Shown here piece after piece: positions 1 through 13,518 of a DNA stretch of 64,000 bases (the first letter of the stretch is position 1; each line of letters begins with the position of its first letter). The translations under genes and the position numbers were made by a program. The stretch lies in NCBI RefSeq assembly GCF_018350175.1, contig NC_058368.1, positions 87,670,001-87,734,000 of the forward strand. Direction: 5' to 3'. The notes beneath the pieces are model-generated. The model was not told the DNA's origin. It was given only the letters and a program-made list of their open reading frames with translations, and did no database searches. Origin of the DNA: Felis catus. Lineage: Eukaryota.

Positions 1-2549
1 CTTCCAGACTCATTCTATGAAGCCAGTATTACTTTGATTCCTAAACCAGACAGATACCCAGTAACAAAAGAGAACTACAGGCCAATATCCCTGATGAATA
101 TGGATGCAAAAATTCTCAATAAGATACTAGCAAATCGAATTCAATGGCATATAAAAAGAATTATTCACCATGATCAAGTGGGATTCATTCCTGGGATGCA
201 GGGCTGGTTCAACATTCGCAAATCAATCAACGTGATACATCACATAAACGAAAAAAAAAAAAAAGAGAAGAACCATATGATCCTGTCAATCGATGCAGAA
301 AAGGCCTTTGACAAAATCCAGCACCCTTTCTTAATAAAAACCCTTGAGAAAGTCGGGATAGAAGGAACATACTTAAAGATCATCAAAGCCATTTATGAAA
401 AGCCCACAGCTAACATCAGCCTCCATGGGGAAAAACTGAGAGCTTTTTCCCTGAGATCAGGAACACGACAGGATGTCCACTCTCACCACTGTTGTTTAAC
501 ATAGTGTTGGAAGTTCTAGCATCAGCAATCAGACAACAAAAGGAAATCAAAGGCATCAAAATTGGCAATGATGAAGTCAAGCTTTCGCTTTTTGCAGATG
601 ACATGATATTATACATGAAAAATCCGATAGACTCCACCAAAAGTCTGCTAGAACTGATACAGGAATTCAGCAAAGTTGCAGGATACAAAATCAATGTACA
701 GAAATCAGTTGCATTCTTATACAACAACAATGAAGCAAGAGAAAGACAAATAAAGAAACTGATCCCATTCACAATTGCACCAAGAAGCATAAAATACCTA
801 GGAACAAATCTAACCAAAGATGTAAAGGATCTGTATGCTGAAAACTATAGAAAGCTCATGAAGGTAATTGAAGAAGATTTAAAGAAATGGAAAGACATTC
901 CCTGCTCATGGATTGGAAAAATAAATATTGTCAAAATGTCAATACTGCCCAAAGCTATCTACACATTCAATGCAATCCCAATCAAAATTGCACCAGCATT
1001 CTTCTCGAAATGAGAACAAGCAATCCTAAAATTCATATGGAACCACAAAAGGCCCCGAATAGCCAAAGGAATTTTGAAGAAGAAGACCAAAGCACGAGGC
1101 ATCACAATCCCAGACTTTAGCCTCTACTACAAAGCTGTCATCATCAAAACAGCATGGTATTGGCACAAAAACAGACACATAGACCAATGGAATAGAATAG
1201 AAACCCCAGAACTAGACCCACAAACGTATGGCCAACTCATCTTTGACAAAGCAGGAAAGAACATCCAATGGAAAAAAGACAGCCTCTTTAACAAATGGTG
1301 CTGGGAGAACTGGACAGCAACATGCAGAAGGTTGAAACTAGACCACTTTCTCACACCATTCACAAAAATAAACTCAAAATGGATAAAGGACCTAAATGTG
1401 AGACAGGAAACCATCAAAACCTTAGAGGAGAAAGCAGGAAAAGACCTCTCTGGCCTCAGCCGTAGCAATCTCTTACTCAACACATCCCCAAAGGCAAGGG
1501 AATTAAAAGCAAAAGTGAATTACTGCGACCTTATGAAGATAAAAAGCTTCTGCACAGTAAAGGAAACAACCAACAAAACTAAAAGGCAACCAACGGAATG
1601 GGAAAAGATATTCGCAAATGACATATCGGACAAAGGGCTAGTATCCAAAATCTATAAAGAGCTCACCAAACTCCACACCCGAAAAACAAATAACCCAGTG
1701 AAGAAATGGGCAGAAAACATGAATAGACACTTCTCTAAAGAAGACATCCGGATGGCCAACAGGCACATGAAAAGATGTTCAGCGTCGCTCCTTATCAGGG
1801 AAATACAAATCAAAACCACACTCAGGTATCACCTCACGCTAGTCAGAGTGGACAAAATGAACAAATCAGGAGACTATAGATGCTGGAGAGGATGTGGAGA
1901 AACGGGAACCCTCTTGCACTGTTGGTGGGAATGCAAATTGGTGCAGCCGCTCTGGAAAGCAGTGTGGAGGTTCCTCAGAAAATTAAAAATAGACCTACCC
2001 TATGACCCAGCAATAGCACTGCTAGGGATTTATCCAAGGGATACAGGAGTACTGATGCATGGGGCCACTTGTACCCCAATGTTCATAGCAGCACTCTCAA
2101 CAATAGCCAAATTATGGAAAGAGCGTAAATGTCCATCAACTGATGAATGGATAAAAAAATTGTGGTTTATATACACAATGGAATTCTACGTGGCAATGAG
2201 AAAAAATGAAATATGGCCTTTTGTAGCAACGTGGATGGAACTGGAGAGTGTGATGCTAAGTGAAATTAGCCATACAGAGAAAGACAGATACCATATGCTT
2301 TCACTCTTATGTGGATCCTGAGAAACTTAACAGGAACCCATGGGGGAGGGGAAGAAAAAAAAAAAGAGGTTAGAGTGGGAGAGAGCCAAAGCATAAGAGA
2401 CTGTTAAAAACTGAGAACAAACTGAGGGTTGATGGGGGGTGGGAGGGAGGAGAGTGTGGGTGATGGGTATTGAGGAGGGCACCTTTTGGGATGAGCACTG
2501 GGTGTTGTATGGAAACCAATTTGTCAATAAATTTCATATGAAAAAAAAG
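1..2549 (+). mobile_element. LINE-1 (young carnivore/felid type), 3' part of ORF2 (RT and C-terminal domain), 3' UTR and poly(A); frameshifted
   Basis: ORFs 34-504, 492-1013 and 1074-2321 give L1 ORF2p motifs ([26 protein letters not shown]). G-rich 3' UTR, AATAAA and A-tail at ~2526-2549. Confidence 0.97.
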
Positions 2550-2951
2550 ATTTTATGTTAATTACAGTTAATACACAGTGTAATAGTAGTTTCAGGTGTA
2601 CAATATACTGAGTCGACACTTGCATACAGTACCCAGTGTTCATCACAAGTGCACTCCTGAATCTCCATCACCTATTTAACCCATCCTGTCACCCATCTCC
2701 CCTCTTGGAATCATCTGTTTTTTCTCTATAGTTGACAGTCTGTTTCCTGGTTTACATCTTTTTCTCTATTTTTCCCCCTTTGCTTGTTTTTTTTTCCATA
2801 AATTACACATATAAGTGAAATCGTATGGTGTTTGTCTTTTTCTGACTTACTTCCCTTAGCATAAAACTCTCTAGTCCATCCAGGTCATTAAAACAGCAAG
2901 ATACCATTCTTTTTTATGGTTAGGTAATATTCCACTGTGTGTGTGCTTGTG

Positions 2952-2995
<44 letters not shown>

Positions 2996-3400
2996 TGTTT
3001 CTGTGTGTATCATATTTTTATTGATTCATCAGTCAATGGACACTTGGGCTGTTCCCATAGTTTGGCTATGGTAGATAATGCTGCTATAAACATTGAGGTG
3101 CATTTATGCCTTTGATTTAGTATTTTTGTATTCTCTGGGTAAATAACTAGTAGTGCAATTGCTGGATTGTATGGTAGTTCTATTTTTATTTTATTTTTTA
3201 ATTTTTTATTTAAATTCCAGTTTTTTACCATACAGTATATTGGTTTCAGATGTAGAATTTAGTGATTCAAACTTTCATATGACATCTAGTGCTCATCACA
3301 AGTGCCCTCCTTAATCCCCATCACCTATTTAATCTATATCCCCACCCACCAGTTCTTTTTTTAATTTTTAGAGAAACTTCCATACTATTTCCACAGCATA
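2550..3400 (-). mobile_element. Older L1 3' end with a nested short L1 3' fragment and a (TG)n microsatellite (~2936-3008)
   Basis: Minus ORF 3010-3231 resembles the L1 ORF2 C-terminus ([24 protein letters not shown]). The L1 3' UTR motif catcacaagtgc..cc occurs twice. Confidence 0.8.
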
Positions 3401-3635
3401 AAGGGACTTCTTTGGAAAATAAAGCATCATAATTTGAGAAAATGATGAGCAAAAATTATAAAATATGACAACACACATAAAACGTGGAGGGAGGTGTAAG
3501 AAAAAGTTCTTTTAGAAAGTGTTTGATTTAAGTGACCATCAATTTAATATAGACTGCTATATAGTGAAGGTACTCTATATGAAGTTCATGGTAACTCCAA
3601 ACCCCAAGCCCCTAATAGAGACATTAAAGAATAAA

Positions 3636-3858
3636 GGGGGGTGCCTGGGTGGCTCAGTCGGTTAATTATCCCACTTTAGCTCAGGTCATGATCTCATGGT
3701 TTGTGAGTTCGAGCCCCACATCGGACTCTGTGCTGACAACTCAGAGCCTGGAGCCTACTTTAGATTCTCTGTCTCCCCCTCTCTCTGCCCTCCCCTGCTC
3801 ATGCTCTGTGTCTCTCTGTCTCTCAATAATAAATAAATGTTAGAAATTTATAAAAAAT
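3636..3858 (+). mobile_element. CAN-SINE
   Basis: tRNA-derived head gggtgcctgggtggctcagtcggtt, CT-rich region, aataaa/A-tail. Confidence 0.95.
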
Positions 3859-3859
3859 A

Positions 3860-4076
3860 GGGGCACCTGGGTGGCTCAGTCGGTTGAGCGGCCGACTTCG
3901 GCTCAGGTCATGATCTCGCGGTCCGTGAGTTCGAGCCTGGCGTCGGGCTCCGTGCTGCCAACTCAGAGCCTGGAGCCCGTTTCAGATTCTGTGTCTCCCT
4001 CTCTCTGACCCTCCCCCATTCATGCTCTGTCTCTCTCTGTCTCAAAAATAAATAAACATTAAAAAAATTTTTTTTT
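3860..4076 (+). mobile_element. CAN-SINE inserted in the tail of the preceding SINE
   Basis: Full SINE consensus flanked by the direct repeat aatttataaaaaat (TSD). Confidence 0.95.
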
Positions 4077-4089
4077 AATTTATAAAAAA

Positions 4090-5260
4090 TGAAGAGAAAG
4101 AAAGTGAAACATAACACTACCGAAAATCATCAATCACAAGGGGAAAAAAGGAAGAGAAGACAAGAACAAAGAAGAACCACAAAAAATTCTAGAAAACAAT
4201 TAACAAAATGGCAATAAGCACCTACTTATCCATAATTACTTTAACCAGAAATGGTCTGAATGCTCCAATCAAAATACAGAGGGCAGTGTAATGGATAAAA
4301 AATAAACTGTGGACAAAGTGGATTTTAAAACACTGACTATAACAAGAGATGAAGAAGGGCATTATATCATAATAAAGGGGTCTATCCAACAACCAGATCT
4401 AACAACTGTGAATATTTATGTCCCCAACGTGGAAGAACACAAATATATGAATCAATGACTAACAAACAGAAAGACACTCATTGACAATAATATAATAGTA
4501 GGTAACTTTAACACCCCACTTACAACAAACATCTAAGAACAGATCATCTAAGCAGAAAATCAAGGAAACCATGGCTCTGAATGACACATTGGACCAGATG
4601 GACTTAACAGATATGTTCAGAACACTTCATGCCAAAGCAGGAGAATACCCATGCTCCTTGAGTTCACCTGGAACATTCTCCAGAATAGATCACATTTTGG
4701 GTTACAAATCAGCCCTCAACAGGTTCAAACAGAGATAATACCATGGATATTTTCAGATCACAGCACTATGAAACGTGAAATCAAGCACAAGAAAAATAAT
4801 TGGAAAGCTCTTCAAATACATGGAGGTTAAGAATATACTGCTAAAAAATGAATGGGTTAACCAGGAAATTGAAGAAGCTTAAAAAGTTCTACATATATGC
4901 ACACAAAGTGACCACACACAATTAGAACCAATAAATGAATTTAGTAAAGTTTCTGGATTCGAGATCAACACCTCAAATCTTATGAAATATCTGAAAAGTA
5001 GACCACAAAACAATCCCATTTTCAACAGCATCAAAAAGAATAAAATACTAGTGAATAAACTTAGTCAAGGAGGAAAAATAACTACAGACTAAAACTTATA
5101 AAACACTGAAGAAATTTAAAGGGACACAAGTAATTGGAAATATATCTTGTGTTTATAAACTGGAAGCATTAATATTGTCAAAATATCCATACTAACAGGG
5201 TAAATTACATATTCAGTGCAATTCCTATCAACATCCCAATGCCTCTTTTTAATGTTTATT

Positions 5261-5314
<54 letters not shown>

Positions 5315-5990
5315 GTGGAGGGGCAGAGAGAGAAGGAGACACAAAATCTGGAGCAGACTCCAGGCTGGGAGCTGTTAGCACAGAGCCCAGCATGGGGCTT
5401 GACCTCATGAACTTGAGATCACGACCTGAGCTAAAGTTGGGTGTTGAACCTACTGAGCCACCCAGGCGCTCCCCCACCCCATGATTTTTGTTTTTACAGA
5501 CATAAATAAATACACTTAAAAGTTATTTGCAACCATCACATATAATGAATATGCAAATAAGCCTCGACAAAAACGAACAAAGTTGGAGGAATCACACTTC
5601 CTCTTTTCAACATATATTACAAGGCTAAAGTGTAACACTGGCATTTAGACATACAGAACAGACCAAAGAGAATCCTGAAATTAATGCACACATATAGAGT
5701 CAACTGATCTTTGACAGGAGGGGTAAGAGTATACAATGGGGAAAGGATAATCTCCTCAACAAATACTGTTTTGGAAATTTAATATCAACATGTAAATGAA
5801 TTAAATTGCACTATATTCTGATACCACAATCAACTGTAAACTAAAACTGACACAAAACACCTAAAATTGTAAATCCTTTAGAACCAAACAAAGGGGAAAA
5901 TCTTCTTGACTTTGGTCATGGAAATTATTTCATAGATATGACCCCAAAAACACATTAGCACAAGACTTCAGTCAATTAAGATGAATAAGC
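4090..5990 (+). mobile_element. Old degraded L1 ORF2 fragments (endonuclease region onward)
   Basis: Recognisable L1 sequence such as ttggaccagatggacttaacagatat and caactgatctttgaca; many stops. Confidence 0.8.
5245..5475 (-). mobile_element. CAN-SINE with expanded (GA)n
   Basis: Reverse-complement SINE ending gagccacccaggcgc. Confidence 0.93.
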
Positions 5991-6008
5991 TCTAGAAAGC
6001 TGCTGTAC

Positions 6009-6220
6009 AGGGGCCCCTGGGTGGCTCAGTTAGTTAAGCATCTGACTTTGGCTCAGGTCATGATCTCACAGTTTGTGATTTCAAGCCCCGTGTCAGGATC
6101 TGTGCTGAAAGCTTGGAGCCTGGAGACTGCTTTGGATTCTGTGTCTCCCTCTCTCTCTGCTCCTCCCCTGCTCATGCTTTCTCTCTCTCTCTTTCTTCTA
6201 AAAAATAAATAAGCATTAAA
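6009..6220 (+). mobile_element. CAN-SINE
   Basis: ggggcccctgggtggctcag head, CT tract, A-tail. Confidence 0.93.
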
Positions 6221-6784
6221 AGAAAGAAATCTTCTCTTCAACATATTACTTATATTCAACAATAATGCACTGTACTCTTAAAATTCTGTTAAGAGGGTTG
6301 GTTTCATGTTAGGTATTCTTTTCACAAAAAACTAAAATCTAAAAAAAGCATAACATAATCAGTTCAATGCCATAAATATACATATAGATTTATTTTAATA
6401 GATATATTACTACATAATTTAAGTACAAATCACAGATGTTAAATACACAATTCAATGCTTTTGAAATTTGTAGTGACTATTACAATCATAACAACATGAT
6501 AAGCTTAGAATATTTTCACTTTCATCCCTAAACAGTCTTTCTTTTTTGAAACAGTGATTTTTTAACGGATCACTTTATTCGGTGAAAATGATATAGGATA
6601 TCTGTATTATTTCAGTTCATATAATACATTTTTGAGGTTCATACATGACACATGAAGTATTATCTCTTTATCTCTTTTCATTGTGGAACACTATTCAATT
6701 GTATGGATGTACTACCTAGTTTTTTTTTTCTGCCTATATATGTCTATTATTATGTGAGTAAACAAAAATCAGTTGCTTTCTGGA

Positions 6785-8290
6785 GGTGAGCTCAGATGAT
6801 GGCATAGCAGGAGGACCCTGGGCTGGCCTCATCCCTCAAACACAGCTGGATAACTATCAAATCATTCTGCATATCCAAGAAATTGACCTGAGGACTGACA
6901 GATCAAACTGCACAACTAGAGGTCACATCAAGGAAGGTAGGAAGTGTGGAGATATGGTTTGGGGGAGAAACAGATCACAGATGCGGTGGAAGGGAGGGAG
7001 CTCTGGTTAGGAGAAAGATAAGAGAGAGTAGAGTGCACAGGGATGTGCACAAAGAGAACACTTCCTCAAAGCCAAGTCCCATGATACAAAATCAGCATAG
7101 AGATCTATTGCATCTCTACATACCATAATGAATCCACAGAAGGGAAACTAGGAATCAATCCCATTTACAATTGCATCAAACACAAAAAGATGTCTAGAAA
7201 TAAACCTAATGAAAGGGGTGAAAGACTTGTACTCTGAAAAGTATACAACACTGATGAAAGACATAAAAGATGATACAAAGATATGGAAAGGCATTCTGTG
7301 ATAATGAATCAGGATAACAAATATTATTACAATGTCTAGACAACCCAAAACAATCTACACATTTAATTCAGTTCCTATCAAAACCACCAGCATTCTTCAC
7401 AGGGTAGAACAAACACTTCTAAAATCTTGGAACAGCAAAAGACCCCAAATGGCCCAAGCAACCTTGAAAAAGAAATGCAGTGTTGGAGGCATCACAATTC
7501 TGGACTTCGAGTCACACTACAAAGCTGTAGTGATCAAAACAGTATGGTACTGGCACAAAAATAGACACACAGAACAATGGACCAAAATACAAAACCCAGA
7601 AATAAACCCACAGCTATATGTACAATTAATCTTTGATAAAGCAAGACAGAATATCAAATGGGAAAATGTTTCTTCATAAATGGTGTTGGGAAAAAATGGA
7701 CAGTTACATGCAAAAGAATGAAACTGGACACTTTCTTACACCATATACAAAAATAAATTCAAAATGGATTAAAGACCTAAATGTGAGGGGCGCTTGGGTG
7801 GCTCAGTCGTGTAAGCAACTGAGACTTCGGCTCAGGTCATGACCTCACAGTTCATGGGTTCCAACCTCTTGTCGGGCTCTGTGCTGACAGCTTAGAGCCT
7901 GGAGCCTGCTTCAGATTCTGTGTCTCCCTCTCTCTCTGCCCCTCTCCTGCTCATTCTCTGTCTCTCTCTGTCTCTCAAAAATAAATAAACGTTAAAAAAA
8001 ATAAGACCTAAATGTAAGACATGATATCATTAAAATCCTAGAGGAGAACACAAGCAGCAACATCTTTGACACCAGCCATAGCAATTTCTGATTAGATATG
8101 TCTCCCGAGACAAGGGAAACAAAAGCAAAAATGAACTATTAGTACTTCATCAAGATAAAATGCTTCTGCTTCTGCACAGTGAAGGAAGCTATCAACAGAA
8201 CTAAAAGGTAACCTACAGAATGGGAGAAGATATGTGCAAATGATATATCTGATAAAGGTTAGTATCTGAAATATATAAAGAACTTATAGA
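6785..8290 (+). mobile_element. L1 5' UTR segment (~6785-7070) joined to mid/3' ORF2
   Basis: Carnivore L1 5' UTR-like start, homologous to 8290-8600 and ~30700-30945. ORF 7332-7679 contains [17 protein letters not shown]. Confidence 0.8.
7786..8002 (+). mobile_element. CAN-SINE within L1
   Basis: SINE consensus with TSD aagacctaaatgt on both sides. Confidence 0.95.
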
Positions 8291-9840
8291 TCAGAGTTAA
8301 GGTGGCAGAGGAGCTGGGAGACTCTAAGCTTGCCTCATTACTTGAACACAGCTAGATAAATCATTTTGAAACCCCAAATATCAAATCATTTGAACACCCA
8401 AGAAATCAATCTGAGGACTGAGAAAGCAAAAATACACAACTATAGGTGAAAAAAGCCACCACATTGTGGAAGGTAGAAGGTGTGCATAGTTTATTGGGGG
8501 AGAGATGACTGAGGGCGCTATGATGGGAAGGGAGCCGTGATTGTGGAGAGAGGAGCAAGAGAGAAAGAAAGAGAGAAAGAGTGAAAGGGAACTGCACAAG
8601 AAAAAACATCTTCCCCAAACCCACCGGGAAAAGGAGAGGGGCTGAACACTACAAGTTTTTACAAACAGCAGAGCGCAGAGTCTTAGGTTTCAGGGATCCA
8701 CACCATTGGAAGGGTCGTGCCTGGTGGGCTTATGGTGCTCTGGTAGAAAAGGACAGGACCAGGAGCAGGCAGTGTGGTCTGAGGATCCCCTGGGTCACAT
8801 GGGAAGAAGCAGTTTCCCGGCTTGGAGTTCATTTGGCAGAGGTGGCACTGCCTGTCAGGTGACAAAGGATCCAGCAGGTGCCATTGGGCTTCCCCGTTCA
8901 CTAACATAGAACAGGGATGCTCGCTGAGGGCAGTGAGTCTTGGTGTCAGATTTCTGCTCTCTTTACCATAAACTCCAAGCCACTGTGTAGTTATGCAACC
9001 AATTTGTGGGACAAGCCAGCAATGGCCACAGTGCCGTGAGAATCTCCCCCAGAAGATCAGAACACCATGAGATCTCTACAATTTGGAGGTTTGAAACCCA
9101 GCCATGTGCCTGAGATAAAACACAGGAGTGCTATGCTGAGACAGGTAGATAGATCAGAAGCAGGCAGGGTGAAAGCAGGGATCTGGCTAAAGTCAGAGAT
9201 ACAAGATAGGTGATTATTTGCTCTTCTGTGAGGGCTTCCTGAAGAGTGGTGGGCACAGACTTTCTGCTCTTGGGGACAAGAGAGCAGGGCGATGCCATGT
9301 TCACCCCACCCATCTGTAATAACCAACTTCAGTGAGAATAATAGCCCCACCAAGTTGAGGCTGGAGTAGCTTACACCAAGGCCCACCACCCTGGGCCCTG
9401 CAGGTGCATCTGCACTATGGCAAGTCTGGCTGAGAATCAGCACACAGCCCCTTCACCAGAGGACCAACACAAAACACTCGCACAGCTCAAGTCTACTGAT
9501 CATAGAGTGCCTCAAAGCTTCAGCTCTAGAGAAAATAGAATTCCGCTGCATTTATGTTTTCTTCCCCATGGGATATAAAAAAAAAGCAAATTTCCCATGG
9601 ATACAGAAAGCAATTGTGTAAATTATTTTACTTTATTTTATTTTATATTTATTTTTTCATCTATCAGACCAAATGATCCTAGGTTCTGGATCCCTGTTTT
9701 TTATATTACCTTGACAATTGGAGAAAACAGAGGAATTCACCTCAAAAGAAAGAACAGGAAGAAATTATGCAGAGAGATTAAATAAATACAGATATAAGTA
9801 AGATGTCTGAACTAAAATTTAAAACAATTATAAGGACATT
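8290..9840 (+). mobile_element. Carnivore L1 5' UTR and start of ORF1 (degraded)
   Basis: Begins gagttaaggtggcagagg. Ends in ORF1-like agaggaattcacctcaaaagaaagaacagg...gatgtctgaactaaaattt. Confidence 0.7.
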
Positions 9841-10357
9841 TAGGCTCTTTCCATAATTTGGCTATTGTTGAAAGTGCTACTATAAACATCAGAGTACAAG
9901 TGCCCCTATGCATCAGCACTCCTGTATCACTTGGGTAAATTCCTAGTAGTGCTATTGCTGGGTCCTAGGGTAGATCTATTTTAAATTTTTTGAGGAACCT
10001 CCACACTGTTTTCCAGAGTGGCTGCACCTGTTTGCATTCCCACCAACAGTGCAAGAGGGTTGCCATTTCTCCACATCCTCCCAGCGTCTATAGTCTCCTG
10101 ATTTGTTCATTTTAGCTACTCTGACTGGCGTGAGGTGGTATCTGAGTGTGGTTTTGATTTCTATTTCCCTGATGAAGAGTGACGTTGAGCATCTTTTCAT
10201 GTGCCTGTTGGCCATCTGGAAGTCTCCTTTAGAGAAATGTCTATTCATGTTTTCTGCCCATTTCTTCACTGGATTATTTGTTTTACAGGTGTGGAGTTTG
10301 GTGAGTTCTTTATAGATTTTGGACACTAGCCCTTTATCCAGTATGTCATTTGTAAAT
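9840..10357 (-). mobile_element. L1 ORF2 3' fragment
   Basis: Minus ORF includes [16 protein letters not shown]...[17 protein letters not shown]. Confidence 0.93.
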
Positions 10358-10814
10358 ATCACAGGCAGGATGGAAGTGGCTTCTGGTGGTGGTTCGAGTA
10401 TTACCTTGCCTCCATGTACATGCCTTGTTTGATTCCATGTCCACACTTGTGTCTAGGCTACTCTCTCTGCCCACATGCCCTGATTTGACTTTGACCAACC
10501 TTAGGGAGCCCTGGAATCTTTGGCTTCGCCTCAGTGTAGTTCTGTCTGCACCGACCTACCATGGGGTGGGAAGACAGAGGCATCCAGGGTAGACCAGATG
10601 ACTAGGACTTTGTGAGTGTTGGAGAGTGGAGGGGAAGGGGAAATGGGTAGGTAGGAGAGGGGGGGTGGACAGGAAGAAGGTGGGAGAGGAGGGAATGAGC
10701 AAGGCTAGTATTTACAGAGCAACTACTTCATGTCTGGCACTAGGCTCAACATTAAACATATGCCCCAAATTCATTTCAGAAAATCACCCCACAGTGTGTA
10801 ATGATATGGTGTAA

Positions 10815-11203
10815 CAGTCAGCTTGGTCTCTGTAACAAATACCACAGACTGGGAGGTTTAAACAACGCATTTATTTTTTTCCCAGTCCTGGGAACTGGAA
10901 GCATGAGATCCAGGTGTGGCAGGGCTGGTTCCTCCTGAGGCCTCTCTCCCCTGGCGTGCACATGCCATCTCCTCCCCATGTCCTTACACGGTTGTCCCCT
11001 GTGTGTGTCTATGCCCTGATCCCCTCTTCTATTAAGGACGCCAGTCACATGGGATCAGATGGGATCAGGGCCTACCCTAGTGACTTCCTTTTACCTGAAC
11101 CACCTCTGTAAAGACCCCATCTCCAAATATAGCCCCATTCTGAGGCCCTGGGGGTTGGAGCTTCAACATGTGAACTGGAGGGGACATGATTCAGCCCATA
11201 ATA
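10815..11203 (-). mobile_element. MaLR (MLT1-like) solo LTR in the 3' region of copy A
   Basis: Reverse complement of 59036-59425 with typical MLT1 motifs. Confidence 0.8.
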
Positions 11204-11340
11204 TTTTGTCAGTATTTTACAGGGAAGGAAAGTGGAGATAACACAGGATCATCCAGAAAGGTGCACCCTTGTATGTGATCTAGCTGGGACTTAGAATGGA
11301 TACATCTCCCCCAAATCGGTGACAGGCTGGAGCAGAGAGA

Positions 11341-11938
11341 TCATGGGTCTTGCTGGAGGAGGGTTCCCACCCTGTCCTGTCCCTCACCCTGAGGAGGCCC
11401 CAAGGCCTCTGGGGGCTGCCATTCTGAACAGATGGTTAGGAGGCTGGGGTCGTGTGTCCAGAGGCAGAAGAATGGCCTCAGGGGTGCCGAGAAGGACAGT
11501 CCAGAGAACGCGTAGACGAAGGATCCATTGCCCATGCTGTAGAAGGAGATTCTGCCTGCATCACAGTCCAGGAAAACGCCCACACGATGCAGGGGCTCCG
11601 AAGGGTGCAGGCGAACTCTTGGGAAGGCAAGTGCCCAGAACCTCTCCTTGTACAGATCCAGGGCCCAGAGTCCGTGCTGGGGGGCCTTGAGGATCCTTCC
11701 CGTCCAATCCAAGCTCTCCAGACACATGCCCAGGTTCCGGGTCTTCCTGTGCCCCACCTGGACCTCCCAGTAATACCCCCCAGCTGAGAACTGCTCCCGA
11801 CCCAGCACACAGGGGTCCCTGTTGAATCTGCTGGGTTGTCGGGCAGCTCTTGTTCAAAGAACAGCCGCCTCACAGTCTTCCTGTCCTCAGAGAGAGCGAG
11901 CTTGGGGCTTGCAGTGTCAGGGTCCAGGGATGGGCTCA
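11341..11938 (-). pseudogene. BTNL10: Copy A B30.2/PRYSPRY exon, frameshifted
   Basis: SLDPDTASPKL in one frame and YYWEVQV...HRVGVFLD...LRPFF in another; gacaacccagc vs aacgcccccagc in copy B. Confidence 0.88.
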
Positions 11939-12367
11939 CTGCGGGAAGAGGAGAGGATCGGCTTTAGGGGTTAGGGTCCCCACCTATGCTCTTGCATGGA
12001 GGTGGGACCATGCCTCCTTGGGAGTCCCTGTGTGTCCCCATTCTGTCCAGGACCCTGTGCACACAGGCCATCCCAGAGCAGTGGAAGTGGCTCCCTGTGT
12101 GTCACCATTCTCTGTCCAGGACCCTGTGCACACGCCCCACACTTCCCACTGAGACAGTGTCCTGGCTCTGCACTCTCTGTGTTAACAGTGTCCCCCACAG
12201 TGACTGTGCCTCAGAAGATCTGGCTCTCTTGCTGCCCAGGCTCTGCAGCCTGTCTGTCCCTCAGGTAGTAAACAGGAGCTAAGGTCCCTCAGGGCAGCTA
12301 AACTTGGTGTTTACAGCCATGGAACCAGCATTTAGCACAGCATTTCTGCACTCTGCAATAGAATGGA

Positions 12368-12715
12368 TCACACATGTGTGCACACACGTGCACATACACA
12401 TGAGTCCATGTGCATACACATGATGTATGTGCACACATACACACAAACACACACATGCACATAGATGTACAACATGCAAACACAGCACCCGTATGCACAT
12501 GCACATACACACAGAAACACGAGTGCATGTGCATACAAGGCACACATGAACACACATGCACAAATGCACATACTTGTACACACTGCATACACACATGAAA
12601 ACACATGCACATATGTGCATAACATGCACACACAGATGAGCACATAAATGTACAACATGCACACGTAACACCCACACATACATGCACTCACACATGCGCC
12701 CATAAACACACATGC
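12368..12715. repeat. Degenerate (CA/TG)n tract between the micro-exons of copy A
   Basis: cacacatgca-type alternating purine-pyrimidine repeats. Confidence 0.9.
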
Positions 12716-13518
12716 AGGGAGCAGGCCCTTCCAGCCCCCAGCATGGTCCTCACCATAGATGATGTCCTCTGGCCAGCCTGAAATGAAACAGAAAGATGTG
12801 AAACTGTAGGGTTTGCACTGACCAGATGGGGCGAAAGCTCATGTTCTGTGAAGCTAAGTCAAAACAGGATGTAATGAGCTCTCGCAGGGACCCTGTAAAG
12901 GAAGAGCAAATATCCCTTCTTCAGTGCCCAAAAAACAATCCAGGTCACTGTATTCCTAGGGAAAGGTTTTGTGGGGCGTAGCCTAATGGCCCAGCCTTCC
13001 CATGTCTGTCATAAAGACACATCTCTGACCTGTTCCCCAGATCGGGGCCTGACAGCTATGAGCAAGGACACAGGAGGCAGGGAGGAGAGCAGACAGGCGA
13101 GTGGAATGATCCATACTGATGATGATCCCCGCGCTCACAACAAGATCCTCTCAGGTGACAGGCTTGCTGCTGTATTTGTTGCTTGAGCATTTTCAGGATG
13201 TTGTCATCACCCTCGACTGATAGACTTTCCCAGGTTCAAGCTCACATCTGTCTCCACAGCAGAGACCCGCCAGTCTTCCCCAAGTCACCCAGTGAAGAGC
13301 AGCCAAGCACCTCTTAGTGATGGAGGATCTCACTGGGCATATGGTAGGTGGGCAGTCCCTGAGCTGGGGCCTGGGCAGGTCTCTCCCATTCCTCCTGGGC
13401 TTGAGGGTACACAAAGGAGGGACTTCATGCTGGGCTCTGCACGAGTGCCCTGGCTGGAAGGAGCACGTCTGTCCCACTGGGGCCTGCTTACCTTGGGACA
13501 GCTGTTCCTCTTCTCTGT

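Noticed and set aside
1074..2321. 415-aa ORF as an active reverse transcriptase gene
   Set aside because: Fragment of an L1 ORF2 with an upstream frameshift and stop; not an intact element.
3636..4076. tRNA-like sequences at SINE heads throughout the window
   Set aside because: tRNA-derived CAN-SINE 5' ends followed by a CT tract and A-tail, not tRNA genes.
11341..11938. B30.2 exons as parts of TRIM genes
   Set aside because: No RING or B-box exons seen; they follow IgV-IgC-TM exons in butyrophilin order and phase.
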